NCBI GenBank assembly: GCA_002794465.1
Contig: MTSL01000149.1
Location: 12,767 to 44,766 of the forward strand
Reading direction: 5' to 3'
Source of the DNA: Paramicrosporidium saccamoebae KSL3
Lineage: Eukaryota; Fungi; Cryptomycota
Length of the DNA stretch: 32,000 nt
This document shows, piece after piece, positions 1 through 10,489 of this stretch. Made by a program: the position numbers and the translations under genes. Position 1 is the stretch's first letter, and each line of letters opens with the position of its first letter. The notes below the pieces were generated by a model. The model was not told the DNA's origin. It saw only the letters and a list, made by a program, of their open reading frames with translations, and searched no databases.

Positions 1-1
1 A

Positions 2-157
2 GAACAAAAAACAATAGATGAACTATTTGTGAAGTTTTTAATAACGGCTACCAAGTCCGCTGGTATGATACGCATTCTCGTAAACCTTTCATCTCTAGCC
101 TCCAAATACAATCTAATGAGCCCTTTGTCTCTAGTTTCCATATACACTCGCTCATAA
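2..157 (+). CDS. Possible 3' end of an upstream gene (partial, unknown product)
   Basis: Frame open from position 2 to TAA at 155-157 (EQKTIDELFVKFLITATKSAG...SIYTRS*). Possible 36-nt GTATG...TAG intron at 63-98. No recognisable motif. Confidence 0.3.
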   Translation, partial: EQKTIDELFVKFLITATKSAGMIRILVNLSSLASKYNLMSPLSLVSIYTRS

Positions 158-180
158 ACATCTCATATTGATATATATTA

Positions 181-1755
181 TTACAATGGTTTCCATAATC
201 TAAGCGATCCATCAACCGAAAAAGACACTAGTTGATTATAAAGGGGATGGGAGACGCATCCAATATTTTCACCTGTACACTCGATTTCAGTGACAATAGC
301 CGATCCAGTGTCAATGCAAGAAATAAAACCCTTTTCGTGGACCAAGTAAAGATATCGCTGATGGGGAGAAGCAGCGGCGGTCACAACATCATTATGTTTC
401 GAAATAAACTCTTGCCTCGTCTTCCCATCTGGTCCTACTACTAGGGCTCTTCCGGATCTTGAACAAACTATTAAATTGTCTGTGGCTGAACACGGAATAA
501 GTTTTTGTATTGCTCCATGCGAAAGACGATCAGTGGAGAAGGGGAGGACAGTGTCAATGCAAGAGCTGCGGCGCATATCAAAAATATTGAGCTTTCCATC
601 GGCGCCGCACGAATACAAGAGAGTCTCGTCCCGGTTAAAGGCGACATCGGTGACAAAAGAGTCGTGTTGGCTGGAAAATTCCTTGACAATTCGTCCAGAT
701 TTGAGTCCAGTCAGACGGATGGCCCCATCGTATCCAGCAGTAAGGAGCGTTTGTCCATCACGAGCCAACTTGATCACTGAAACACCGTCTTTATGGAGCA
801 GATTGAACCTGCTGATACAGCTGCCAGTGTCGGTACGCCAAACTGCCGCCTCGCCCCCGTGTGTCCCCACAGCAAGGACGCTGCCGTCATGGTTGAATGA
901 TAGCGCAATCACTGCATGTTCCATTACCATCATGGACGACTCATTCTGCTGATATGTTAGGTCCAGACGACGTTGGCCGGTTATGGGGTTGAGAATCTCA
1001 ATGAATCCATCAGCCAACCCCACAGCAAGCCATGCGCCATTGGCGGAAAAGGCTGCACTTTCAACATGTGCACCGGCAGCTAGTGTTCTCCTTTTGAAGC
1101 ATTTAGTTATAGGAACATCTACAGTCTCGGCGGAAATGCTGCCTTCAGGAACAATTCCATGGAAAATATCATATACCGAGTCTGCGGGAACTATATCGCC
1201 TTGTATCTGCATCTGGATTGCCTGTCCCAACAGCGTCAACAGCCTCCCATTGGGTGCAATCCTCAGCTCCTGCATAACCTTTTGGGCCACTCTTCCACGA
1301 CGTTCCTCTGCAGCCACCCCAAAGTAGGACTCTACTCCCAGACTGCCTCCCAAACTAGCCTGTGAGATAAAGTTCTCCAACTTGAGGTATCGGCGTTCGT
1401 TCTGGTTACGCAGGGTTTGGCAGACTGAACCACGGAAGACGAGACGTGCAGTGTCCATGTCACCCTGCACGACGAGTTCCACAATGAGCAGCTCATGGAG
1501 GTCAAAGAGTGCAGTCGGCGGAAGAACAATCGTAGAGAGAATGCCAAGGACTGAATCCCACTTGCCCTGTCGGATAGAATCTATAAGGGGGGCTGGGTCT
1601 TGTAAAGAGTTCATGGTGACTCCTGATTCTTGGTTCAGTGTTTTCAGTGTGTCAACTAGTCCATTCTCTCGCAAAAATTGCATTATCAAACGTATCACAC
1701 TATAAAGTCAATAAAAATACTGGCCCTACTCTGCAGATTCGATTTGCACCGGCAT
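181..1755 (-). CDS. SMU1: WD40 spliceosomal protein SMU1 (LisH/CTLH + WD40)
   Basis: Exon 1 (1755-1730), 30-nt GT-AG intron (1729-1700), exon 2 give MPVQIESADVIRLIMQFLREN, matching the SMU1 N-terminus (IESSDVIRLIMQYLKEN). Also RLLTLLGQA, WD40 repeats and C-terminal SVDGSLRLWKP. Confidence 0.93.
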
Positions 1756-1926
1756 CCAGTCAGACCTGGGTTCTTTGCCTCCAGCTGTCGGTGTCAACCT
1801 GCGTCAGTTACACCTATGCCAGTACCATATCGTCACCCTTCTAATCAATAGGGAATCCAGGACTTTTTCCGGGCCAAAAGCAGAGAGGATACGCCATCCG
1901 GGGCAATTAAAAACGTCACACAGGAA

Positions 1927-4438
1927 ATGAGTGAGTCGGACCCTTTTTCCCAGAAATTATCCCGCTCCAAAAAGACGCTTGTCAAGACTGTAAGATTATC
2001 ATTAATTTTGGTAATGGCTAGACTCTGACGACAAGAAAGAATCCCTTAATTATTGACGATGATGAACCTGAGACGATAGCTAAAAAAACCAAGATTGCTA
2101 GCGAGAGTCCGTCACTCAAAGCGAGTTCTAAATCGTCCAAGAAGGCCTCTCCAGTAAAAACGTTGCCTAAGAAAGCTTCACCGATGAAGACTTCTCCGGT
2201 AAAACCTTCACCTAAAAAGGCTTCGCCAAAGAAGATGGAGATTGATGAGCCAGTGGTCGTCGAACCAGCAAAGTCGGGTTTCCGTCATTATATGCAACGA
2301 AAGGCGGCGGGGCCGATTGCACCAGGTTCCAAGGAAATTCCTCAGGGCGCACCCAACTGTTTGGCTGGTCTGACATTTGTATTTACTGGTGAGCTCGATT
2401 CTCTTAGTCGCGAAGATGCACAGGATTTGGTAAAGAGATATGGCGGCAGGATCACTACGGCCCCAAGTGGCAAAACTAGCCATGTCGTGGTGGGACGCGA
2501 GGCGGGAGAATCAAAGTTGGCCAAGATTGCCGCACTCAAACTAAGCACACTGGATGAGGATGGATTGCTCAACCTGATCCGTGCGAGCGCTAGTGTGCCC
2601 TTTACTGATGAACAGATTGTCAAGGCGACTTTTGTGGCCCAACCAAAACCAGTCAAACTTCCACAGGTTGTACAATCAGAGAATACAAAGTATGAAATGT
2701 GGACCACTAAGTATGCTCCGCAAAGTGAAGATGAGCTGATTGGGAATCACTCGCATTATGAAAAGCTTATTCAGTGGCTTGAGTCCTGGTATGTTTGCAA
2801 TCTAGCTAATTAGCGTAGGACTTTTACAGCAGGAGAAAAGGCTGTTTTGATATCCGGTCCGCCTGGGATTGGAAAGACGACGGCTGCACACATGGCGTGC
2901 CGACAATTAAACATGGAATCAGTCGAAATGAATGCCAGCGACACCCGCAGCAAGTCGTCCCTTCACGATCACGTCCGTGACATTATTGATAATCGGACAT
3001 TGACAGGCTTCTCAGACTTTTTCTCAAAGGTATTAGGACGTGGAATGTTTGACAAAGTTATCCAGGAGAATGGACAGGCGGGTGGAAAGCGCAAAGAAAA
3101 ACGACAGGTGCTCATTATGGACGAGGTAGATGGGATGTCATCGGGCGATCGTGGAGGAATGATGGAACTCATCCAGTTGATCAAAAAGTCCAAGGTACGG
3201 CAAAGATGTTGTGTCATGGTTAGATCCCCATTATTTGCATTTGCAACGACAGAAGTAGCCCCAAAGTGCGATCGCTAGCAAATTATTGTCTTGATCTGCG
3301 CTTCCGACGTCCGGATGCTCGATCGGTGCTGCCCCGGGTCATGGCGATTGCAAAGAAGGAAGGATTGGAGTTGGGGACAAATACTGTGGAAGAGTTGGTG
3401 GCCAGCACCCAGGGGGATATTCGTCAAATATTGAATCTATTATCGACCTTTCGCCTTACCATGAAGACTATGGATTATGATCAGAGCAAGTTGCTTGGGG
3501 CAGGTAGTAGAAAGGATCTTGAGCAAGGACCATTTGATGCTGTTCCGGCGCTCCTCGGATCAAGTTATGATCGCATGTCGCTGTCTGACAAGATTGACCA
3601 ATACTTTATAGACAGTTCGTTAGTTCCGTTAATGGTGCAGGAAAACTACACCAAGGCACGCGCAAATAGCAGTCGAACGTTGAATGGAATGGTAGGAGGA
3701 CATTCGTATATCGAGCTGACTAGGGCAGCGGCCGATTCCATTTCAGAGGCCGACTTGGTCGAATCACTAATCCGAGGATCGAACCAGGAATGGTCTCTGT
3801 CTCCCTTTCATGCGGTCATGTCCTGTGTCCGTCCTGCTTACTATTGCCATGGGAGTGTGGGAGGACGGGTCGACTTTGCCTCCTGGCTGGGACAAAATTC
3901 AAAGCAAACTAAGAATTGGCGTCTACTGGGTGATCTAGCCAAACATTCTTACTTCCGCACCGTGACCAACAAGACGGAAATGCGTCTGGTCTACGTCCCA
4001 GTTTTGGCCAAGACGCTCTTGCATCCATTGATCAGTCGGGGTGCGGAGGGAATCGACGAGGTAGTCAATGTAATGGACTCCTACTACTTGTCACGAGAGG
4101 ATTTTGATAGTGTTCTCGAGTTGGTGACGGATGCCAGCTGTAATATGGGTGCTTATGCAAGGATCCCGACTGCAACCAAGACAGCCTTTACCCGAAAATA
4201 CAATCAAGGGGTCCATAAGCTGCCCTACTCGATCGGCGGAGGTGTGGCTTCGGTAAAGAAAATTTCTGAAGTAGTGACGGGTGCTGACGGCGCAGAAGGT
4301 GCCGCTGAAGAAGCCGATGCCAGTCTCATCATGGCAGATAATGGAGAGAGTGATGCCGAAGATATCAGCAAAGACAAGATGATCAAGGCGAAAAAGAGTA
4401 CTGCCGGAAGAGGTCGCGGTCGTGGAAGGGGGAAATAA
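1927..4438 (+). CDS. RFC1: Replication factor C large subunit (BRCT + AAA+)
   Basis: BRCT (NCLAGLTFVFTGELDSLSREDAQDLVKRYGG), Walker A GPPGIGKT, Walker B MDEVDGMS and RFC1 C-terminal domain. Introns 1990-2021 (32 nt), 2789-2818 (30) and 3195-3223 (29) join the ORF pieces in frame (KSK|IPIICICNDR). Possible extra intron 3030-3065. Confidence 0.95.
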
Positions 4439-4592
4439 TAAATCATTTTTGCATGATTCGTACCGAGCTAGTTCAGTATCTAGTAGATTGCCTGTTATAC
4501 TTAATTACGCGAAAGGGAATAATGTAGTTAAAGAGTTTAACATATATATATGGACCAGATTGCAGACGAGTTCATTTTAAGCATCATGACCC

Positions 4593-4681
4593 TACGGACC
4601 TGGGGTACGAAATAGTACTGCCCAACGCTGTGCAAAAGGGCATGTGAATAAACATTTATTGTATTGTACGGACCTGGGGTA
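4593..4681. repeat. Exact 15-bp direct repeat TACGGACCTGGGGTA (4593-4607 and 4667-4681)
   Basis: Two identical copies 74 bp apart in the RFC1-UBC12 intergenic region. Confidence 0.85.
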
Positions 4682-4726
4682 GAGAGCCTTTAATACCAAC
4701 CTCACAGTAATCGTTTTGCATGGCTC

Positions 4727-5301
4727 ATGATGGGACAAGTTCGGTTATCTGGGGAACCCTGTACTGATAGGAGGACGGCAGCCGAGATTAGATTAGACAA
4801 AGGCAAACATGACCTGTTGTGTTTACGTGATAGACTTTGACGAGTTACTGTTGCCGGAATGCATTAAATGCACACGGGACCCTCTTGACCCATATACATT
4901 AGCCGTCAGTATTGCCCCACCTGATGGCCCTTATCACATGGGAACTATTGGCTTTCGCATCCAATTCAAGCCCACCTATCCGTTCACTCCGCCCCGCGTG
5001 CATTGTCTGCACCGAATCTTCCATCCAAACATTGACGTCCATGGAAACGTGTGTCTCAACATTTTGCGTCTGGATTGGAGCCCGGTTTTGTCGTTGACTG
5101 CAGTCTTGCTGGGTCTGCTGCAGCTCTTCCTGGAGCCTGCATCCGATGAGCCTCTCAATCACGGTACATCCTGGATACAACTAATCGACAGAGGCTGGAG
5201 AGATGATGACGCGAGATTGCAGCCAATTCCTTTCGATGGTACAACACACCATGACGGGGGGCGGCTATAACGGACTAGTCTATGACAAAATAGTTTTGTA
5301 A
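4727..5301 (+). CDS. UBC12: NEDD8-conjugating E2 enzyme (UBC12/UBE2M family)
   Basis: Exons 4727-4802, 4834-5163 and 5192-5301; introns 4803-4833 (31 nt, GC-AG) and 5164-5191 (28 nt). Product ...RTAAEIRLDKDFDEL...FHPNIDVHGNVCLNILRLDWSPVL...EPLNHEAGEMM...TGGGYNGLVYDKIVL*. The active-site HPNID-x-GNVCLNILR-x-DW is UBC12-type. Confidence 0.88.
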
Positions 5302-5314
5302 ATTAAACCAGGGC

Positions 5315-8300
5315 ATGTATCTGTACCATTTAACGGTGCAAACTCCCACACATATCCCACAATCCATTGTGGGCAGTTTCACAGACGACTCGACACAGGA
5401 GCTGGTGGCCATCCGCGGAACCACGTGGATCGAGCTGCTTCGTCTTGACGCGACGACGGGTCGTCTCACAACGGTACATCGACAAAACTGTTTCTGCACA
5501 CTACGGTCCCTCGCTACGCTGCGAATGACTGGAGACAAGAGAGATTATTTGGTGCTGGGCACAGATTCAGGTCGACTGGTGGTATTGGAGTGGAGCGATG
5601 GGTGGCGTACCGTTCATCAGGAGACGTACGGAAGGAGCGGTGTAAGAAGGACGACGGCGGGAGAGCTTGTAGCAAGCGATGTACGGGGAAGAGCAGTAAT
5701 GACAGCGGCAGTGGAACGACAGAAATTAGTGTATCTGATGAACCGCGACCCCAACACGAATCGCTTGACCATATCCTCACCGCTCGAATCGAGTAAAAGC
5801 AATTTGGTTGTATTCTCCTTGACTGCTGTTGATGTCGGCTATGAAAATCCCCTCTTTGCTGCCCTGGAAGTGGACACGACATTAGCTGTGAATGGAGAGG
5901 TGACTGAGGCGGAGCAGTTGGACCGGATAGTGACATTCTACGAAGTGGATCTCGGTCTTAACCATGTGACGCGGAAATGGAGTGAATCAGTAGACAAGAG
6001 CTCAAACCTGGTTTTTGCAGTGCCGGGAGGAGAGGATGGACCCAGTGGAGTATTGGTGTGTCATGCAGGAGGATTGACATGGCATCGGATGGGCTATAAA
6101 TCTGTAACAGCAAAAATTCCTCTAAGACGCGATCCCCTAGTGACTACAGCCAAGCGAGGCGTCATTGTGATCAATGGAGTGGTAGTTAGGATCAAGGATG
6201 GCTTCTTCTTCCTCCTGCAAACCGAAGAGGGGGATTTGTTCCGGGTAGACACTGTCTATGAAAAGGACTCTGTGACTTTACTGAATGTTTCCTATTTCGA
6301 TACTGTTCCGGTAGCGGCCACTATGCAAATATTCCGTTCAGGATTTCTCTTTCTTGGAAGCGAATTTACCTCTCATTGTCTGTATCAGATCCAATCACTG
6401 GGCGAACCAGAGGTTAGGGAAGCTGATAATTTTGTTCCACACAATTTGCAACATTTGTCGCTGGTGGATCGACTGGAGAATTACTCTGAACTGACGGATG
6501 GACGGATGATGAATTTAGGGGGAGAGGAGACTGCGCAAGTGTATTCATTGCAAGGACGGGCACAACATTCCACCTTTAACATAATGCGCCAGGGACTGCA
6601 AGTGACAGAGGTGGCAGCATCTGATCTTCCAATGAAGCCCACCGGTATCTGGACCCTGAAGCAGACCCTCTCGGATGTCCACGATGCATTCATAGTAGTT
6701 TCCTTTGAAAACAGCACTGTGGCACTGCAAATAGGAGAAACAGTGGAGGAGGCCACTGACACGGGACTAATACCCAGTGCATCTTCGGTGGCCGTGGGCC
6801 AACTTTACGATGGCTCAATTGTGCAGATCCATCCAACTGGAGTTCGTCAGATCCGATCTGACCAAAGAATCAATGAATGGAATACCCCCACTGGCGTCAA
6901 CATCCAACATGCGGCCATCAATCAACGACAAGTGGTGGTGGCCATGGACAACAATTCATTAATCTACTTTGAGACGGATCTGAGTGGAATTTTGTTGGAG
7001 AAAAAGTCAACTTTGGATTTACCTGAAGCAGCCATCTCCCTGGCGATAGGACCGGTACCAGAAGGGAGACAACGCTCCCGGTTCCTTGCAATGGGAAGTG
7101 CCGATTTAACGGTAAGAATTCTGTGCTGTGATCCAGACGACTGTCTTGAGCCGCTTAGTCTGCAAGCATTGGCAGCACCGCCAACAGCTCTAATGATCAG
7201 CGAGTCAGGACCAATGTTGCTGGGCGGTTCATTGGTTTTGGATGTGGGATTGGAGAATGGGGTGTATGCACGTCTATCTTTGGATGCCACAAATGGTGCA
7301 TTGACTGATGCGCGCACCCGTTTCCTGGGACCGGCTCCGGTGCGTCTTGCCACGGCTGCCACTGAACTAACCGGGAGGAATGCAATGGTGGCATTCTCTA
7401 CCCGTCCATGGCTGGGATTCAATGCCCATGGTCAATCCAACCTGATTCCCCTCTCATTGCCGCCAATCAATGCGGCAGCTCCCTTTTCCTCGGAACAATG
7501 TCCGGCAGGAATTGTAGTGCTAACGGAAAATGTTTTGCGGATTGTAATGGTGGAGAGTTTGGAGGATCGCTATACGAAGCATTCCATTCCCCTGGAACAC
7601 ACTCCCCGAAAGTTGGCTTTCCATCCGGGGGCCAATCTGTTTGCAGTCATTGAAAGTGACCATCGAGGCCACAGTACCGACCAACGCCAACAGATTGAGC
7701 AGTCCTGGGGATTAGAAAGTGACGGCTCCAATGAGCAGTTGGATCAAAGGTGGACACACTATTCCTTCAAGGGGAAATGGAACTCTTGCGTACGTCTCAT
7801 CTCTCCTGTCAGCGGGACTCTGGCCGCAGTCCATCACTTTGTTAACAACGAGGCAGCTACTGGAGTGGCTTGGGTAACATTCCACGATCGGCTGAATGAA
7901 CTGTATTTGGCTGTGGGTGTAGCCAAGGACATGAGCATTTCCCCCCGATCAGCAGTGTCATCTTCCATTCTGTTGTTTCTGGTGGATCCAACCAATGGGA
8001 CATTGACATTGACCCATAGCACTCCGGTGGATGAGATTCCCTCCTGTCTTTCAGCATTTGGAGGACGATTACTGGCTGGAGTGGGATCGGCGCTGCGCTT
8101 GTACGATATTGGTAAGAAGAGATTACTACGAAAGTGCGAGACGCGTCTGCCTGGCTTTGCCACGTGTTTACAGTCGCAGGGATGGCGGGTGTTTGTGGGT
8201 GACAGTGAGGCATCAGTGCTACTGTACCAATATCAGCCCATTGATAATCGTTTCCAACTCGTTGCTGACGACACCCAACAACGTCCCGTTTCAGCCTTGT

Positions 8301-8842
8301 TGGTGCTGGATTACGACACTGTTGCCATGGCTGATCGATTTGGTACCTTTTGTGTACTACGGCTACCGGCGTCAGTAGCGGAGGATTTGGAGAACGAGGC
8401 AACGGCAGGCGCAGTGGCGGCCAAACGGGAACATTTGTTTGGTGCCCCCTTCAAGTTGGAACGACTTGTCGAATTCCATTTAGGCGATACCATCACATCG
8501 CTCTCCAAGACGTCATTGGTTGCTGGATCCCGAGAATTGCTGGGCTACACGACCATCAGCGGCGCCGTAGGTGTCTTTTTGCCGTTTACATCTCATGACG
8601 AGGCGCTACTCTTCCAGACGCTCGAGATGGCCCTCCGTCAGGAAACGAATATTGTCGGACGAGACCATCTCCTATATCGTTCCTATTATGCGCCTGTCAA
8701 GGCCGTCATGGATGGTGACTTGTGCGAGACGCTTGTCGTATTGCCGGGAGATCGACTGCATTTTGTGGCCGCTGCGGTAGACCGGACACCTGCTGAGCTC
8801 GTCAAAAAGGTGCAGGATTTGCGCACCACTGCCGGCATTTGA
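5315..8842 (+). CDS. SF3B3: U2 snRNP splicing factor 3B subunit 3 (SF3B3/Rse1), intronless, 1175 aa
   Basis: MYLYHLT start, VHQETYGRSGVRR, ISSPLES, LRLYDIGKKRLLRKCE and RSYYAPVKAVMDGDLCE are characteristic of SF3B3/Rse1. Confidence 0.96.
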   Translation: MYLYHLTVQTPTHIPQSIVGSFTDDSTQELVAIRGTTWIELLRLDATTGRLTTVHRQNCFCTLRSLATLRMTGDKRDYLVLGTDSGRLVVLEWSDGWRTVHQETYGRSGVRRTTAGELVASDVRGRAVMTAAVERQKLVYLMNRDPNTNRLTISSPLESSKSNLVVFSLTAVDVGYENPLFAALEVDTTLAVNGEVTEAEQLDRIVTFYEVDLGLNHVTRKWSESVDKSSNLVFAVPGGEDGPSGVLVCHAGGLTWHRMGYKSVTAKIPLRRDPLVTTAKRGVIVINGVVVRIKDGFFFLLQTEEGDLFRVDTVYEKDSVTLLNVSYFDTVPVAATMQIFRSGFLFLGSEFTSHCLYQIQSLGEPEVREADNFVPHNLQHLSLVDRLENYSELTDGRMMNLGGEETAQVYSLQGRAQHSTFNIMRQGLQVTEVAASDLPMKPTGIWTLKQTLSDVHDAFIVVSFENSTVALQIGETVEEATDTGLIPSASSVAVGQLYDGSIVQIHPTGVRQIRSDQRINEWNTPTGVNIQHAAINQRQVVVAMDNNSLIYFETDLSGILLEKKSTLDLPEAAISLAIGPVPEGRQRSRFLAMGSADLTVRILCCDPDDCLEPLSLQALAAPPTALMISESGPMLLGGSLVLDVGLENGVYARLSLDATNGALTDARTRFLGPAPVRLATAATELTGRNAMVAFSTRPWLGFNAHGQSNLIPLSLPPINAAAPFSSEQCPAGIVVLTENVLRIVMVESLEDRYTKHSIPLEHTPRKLAFHPGANLFAVIESDHRGHSTDQRQQIEQSWGLESDGSNEQLDQRWTHYSFKGKWNSCVRLISPVSGTLAAVHHFVNNEAATGVAWVTFHDRLNELYLAVGVAKDMSISPRSAVSSSILLFLVDPTNGTLTLTHSTPVDEIPSCLSAFGGRLLAGVGSALRLYDIGKKRLLRKCETRLPGFATCLQSQGWRVFVGDSEASVLLYQYQPIDNRFQLVADDTQQRPVSALLVLDYDTVAMADRFGTFCVLRLPASVAEDLENEATAGAVAAKREHLFGAPFKLERLVEFHLGDTITSLSKTSLVAGSRELLGYTTISGAVGVFLPFTSHDEALLFQTLEMALRQETNIVGRDHLLYRSYYAPVKAVMDGDLCETLVVLPGDRLHFVAAAVDRTPAELVKKVQDLRTTAGI

Positions 8843-9025
8843 GCATCTAGACTGCGATTCAGACCATGTAGTTAGCCATTGTGGTGTAACTGGACTTGAT
8901 TAGTAGAAATGATCAGTCTCCATGCAGTGGAACACTACGAGCGCAAGCAGTCTTTTTATACTATAGTTATACTAGAATTATCCATCAATGTTCCCCAGTA
9001 AACATCTTTTCTCATATATAACCGT

Positions 9026-10489
9026 TTATTCTATGACAAGCTCTTCAAGGAGCTCCTCTAGAGAGACACGTGGTACTTCAACATCTTCCACATCGCTGAT
9101 AATGTCCATGGCCGCAGTCTGGGGCTGACGATACAGATTGATTGCGGAACGCATTTCCTGATCCTCCTCCAACTCTTGCATGAAGCGTTCATAGTCCCGG
9201 TCGGTAGGAGTGCCGCGGGCTGGCTCCATCTCATCAACATCCATGGCCAGCTGCTTCAGCTTCCATTTGCGCTTTCCACTGCGTCGCAGATGATCGTAAC
9301 TCTTGCGTACCAATATGACATCGGGGATCTCGTGACGGATGGTATATTCAGTAAACTCGACATTGTTAAAGTTAGAGGTGGACAGATCATATCCCAACAC
9401 CACATCGCCAGGCTTGAGAATGAAACCAAGATGAGTGCGACAATGGAAACTCTGTGTATTGCGTCCAAAATCGCTGGCTCGAGCCACCTGCACATCTGCA
9501 AAACAATTCTTTCCCGACGAACGACCCGTCTCCACATCCAATACATAAAACTCTACTAAATCATTCGTTGCTGCCAGACTGAGGAAGGGATCGCGCCAGT
9601 AGAGATGAGTGGGAATGTCCGCTTTGGCAAGAGCCGTCGGCTCAACAAAGTGGAGCGTTGTTCCGACTCGTGTGCAGAGCACTATCGGATTAACTCCTCC
9701 CAGATGACGCGCCGTCTTTCCCGGAAGGAACACCAAGTCGTCCTTGCAAATCGGCACAATCTCCACCGAAAAGGTAAACTTGTAGGTCGATTCTCCACTG
9801 TGCACGTCCTGAGTGATCAACTGTTCACTGCTCTTGCTCCTTGCCGGCACCACCGCCTGCAGGAAATCCACAAATTTGATGGCGTGGCTACGACTGTCAA
9901 AGAAAAAGTCGATTCCCTCACGCACCGTCTTAATATTGACCGTATCACGGTGTGCCTGGTGCTTCAGAATCAGCTGCTCCAAGTACAAGAACGTTCGCTT
10001 GTGTTCCACCTTTTGACGCACTTGCACCACCGTGTTCCACGTATTCTTTGCCTCTCGACGTGCACAGTCACTGCACTGCTGATTTGCCACCACTGCCTCC
10101 ACCACAAAGGTTTGTTGCAGGATGGTTGCTGCAAAGGCCTCCTTTTGGATAGTCAGCTTCACCTTGATTCGCTTTGAATGCGGCTCCGTCCACACAAAGC
10201 CCGCATCAATCAGGCGAACCTTACTCAGTCCCTTCATCCGTTTCAACAGCAGTGACAACAGCTCCTTTGACTCCAACGCACAAGGCAACCACTGTGCCGG
10301 CGGTGCCAGGTAGCGTTCGCATCCACGACAAAAGTTGACCACTATTTGCTTTGGAATGCCCTCTGTAATGTCCACCCGCGAGCGAATGCAGTTTAGACAC
10401 ATATTCGCTGCATTCGGCTCAATAGCCACCCCACATTCACAACATAGAATGCGTTGGGTTGTCGTCGTAGGAATATACTCATGCGACAT
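9026..10489 (-). CDS. NMD3: 60S ribosomal export adaptor NMD3
   Basis: Zn-binding CCECG...CLNC, CRGCERY, FVWTEPHSKRIKVKL, CSDC and acidic C-terminal NES-like LEELLEELVI. Confidence 0.96.
   Translation of the reverse strand: MSHEYIPTTTTQRILCCECGVAIEPNAANMCLNCIRSRVDITEGIPKQIVVNFCRGCERYLAPPAQWLPCALESKELLSLLLKRMKGLSKVRLIDAGFVWTEPHSKRIKVKLTIQKEAFAATILQQTFVVEAVVANQQCSDCARREAKNTWNTVVQVRQKVEHKRTFLYLEQLILKHQAHRDTVNIKTVREGIDFFFDSRSHAIKFVDFLQAVVPARSKSSEQLITQDVHSGESTYKFTFSVEIVPICKDDLVFLPGKTARHLGGVNPIVLCTRVGTTLHFVEPTALAKADIPTHLYWRDPFLSLAATNDLVEFYVLDVETGRSSGKNCFADVQVARASDFGRNTQSFHCRTHLGFILKPGDVVLGYDLSTSNFNNVEFTEYTIRHEIPDVILVRKSYDHLRRSGKRKWKLKQLAMDVDEMEPARGTPTDRDYERFMQELEEDQEMRSAINLYRQPQTAAMDIISDVEDVEVPRVSLEELLEELVIE

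Noticed and set aside
4580-4620. Hammerhead ribozyme (ATGA...GAAA with hairpins)
   Set aside because: No CUGANGA core and no consistent three-stem junction.
4744-4770. Extra 27-nt intron in UBC12 exon 1
   Set aside because: Not needed: the frame from ATG 4727 is open through it and the GTTATC donor is weak.
8849-8957. U3 snoRNA on the minus strand (GATCATTTCTA box-A-like, GGTCTGA end)
   Set aside because: Only about 45 nt separate the box A-like motif and CTGA, with no boxes C', B or C; far too short.
9605-10177. 190-aa plus-strand ORF
   Set aside because: Antisense shadow of NMD3 with no motifs.
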